DNA of 64,000 nt from assembly GCF_020745735.1 (NCBI RefSeq), contig NC_083409.1, positions 12,771,259-12,835,258 on the forward strand, in the 5' to 3' direction. The translations under genes were made by a program, and so were the position numbers. Positions within the stretch are counted from its first letter, which is position 1. Each line of letters starts with the position of its first letter. This DNA is from Hemiscyllium ocellatum (lineage: Eukaryota). The notes under the pieces are model-generated. The model was not told where the DNA came from, made no database searches, and saw only the letters and a list, made by a program, of their open reading frames with translations. This document shows, one piece after another, positions 63,641 through 64,000 of the stretch.

Positions 63641-64000
63641 GTGTCCCAGGTTGTGGCAGTTGAATTCAGGATGAATCTCCCTCTCTCTGCCCCACTCATG
63701 GATGTTAACCCTTGACCCCAGAAGCATGTTTTCTCCGAGAGTAAGGCCCCATTTTCCACATTGACCTGGATTTGGCCTCTCTCAGAAAGATGGCTAGATT
63801 CTTGTCAAATGAAGGGCAGTTCTGTGCTTTTGGCCTGTTCTCACTGGGGACTGGTTTGGACACAAAGCTCATTCCATGAAGGCCCTGCAGAGAGAGGAGA
63901 TCCTCAGGCCATCAGTGTGAGCTGGGCGGGGGGGGGGGGCGCAGCACAGGTTCTGACCCACTGATCCAGCCTGTCCATTCACAATATTTTCCAATCCCTT

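Noticed and set aside
63163-63663. 166-aa Ser/Leu-rich ORF
   Set aside because: Translation of a (CT)n microsatellite tract.
1-64000. CRISPR arrays, operons or other prokaryotic systems
   Set aside because: The sequence is vertebrate genomic DNA with spliceosomal introns; no regular repeat-spacer array was seen.

Overview
Repeat-rich eukaryotic genomic DNA from an elasmobranch. The HE1-like SINEs, CR1 LINEs and cluster-type Ig organisation point to a shark, probably a carpet or bamboo shark (inference). The window holds two main structures. (1) An unrearranged kappa-type (NS4-like) Ig light-chain V-J-C cluster on the minus strand (52.1-62.2 kb). Its reading frames are open, but three cis-signals are non-canonical: V heptamer TACAGTG, promoter octamer ATTTACAT, and a GC donor at J. 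An inverted orphan copy of its 3' end lies at 46.0-46.4 kb. (2) An unprocessed CEP350 pseudogene on the plus strand (9-45 kb) whose 3' exons form a tandem array. With native exon order labelled A-L here, the order seen is A,B,C,D,E | I,J,K,E | G/H,I,J,K,E, and the second unit spans 16,717 bp. The array carries stops, frameshifts, deletions, a MITE, CR1 elements and an ERV LTR with a tRNA-His-type primer-binding site. The rest is CR1/L2 and Tx1/L1 LINE fragments, Penelope-like elements and their hammerhead-bearing derivatives, SINEs and microsatellites. All similarity calls come from reading the sequence and recalling protein families; no searches were run.
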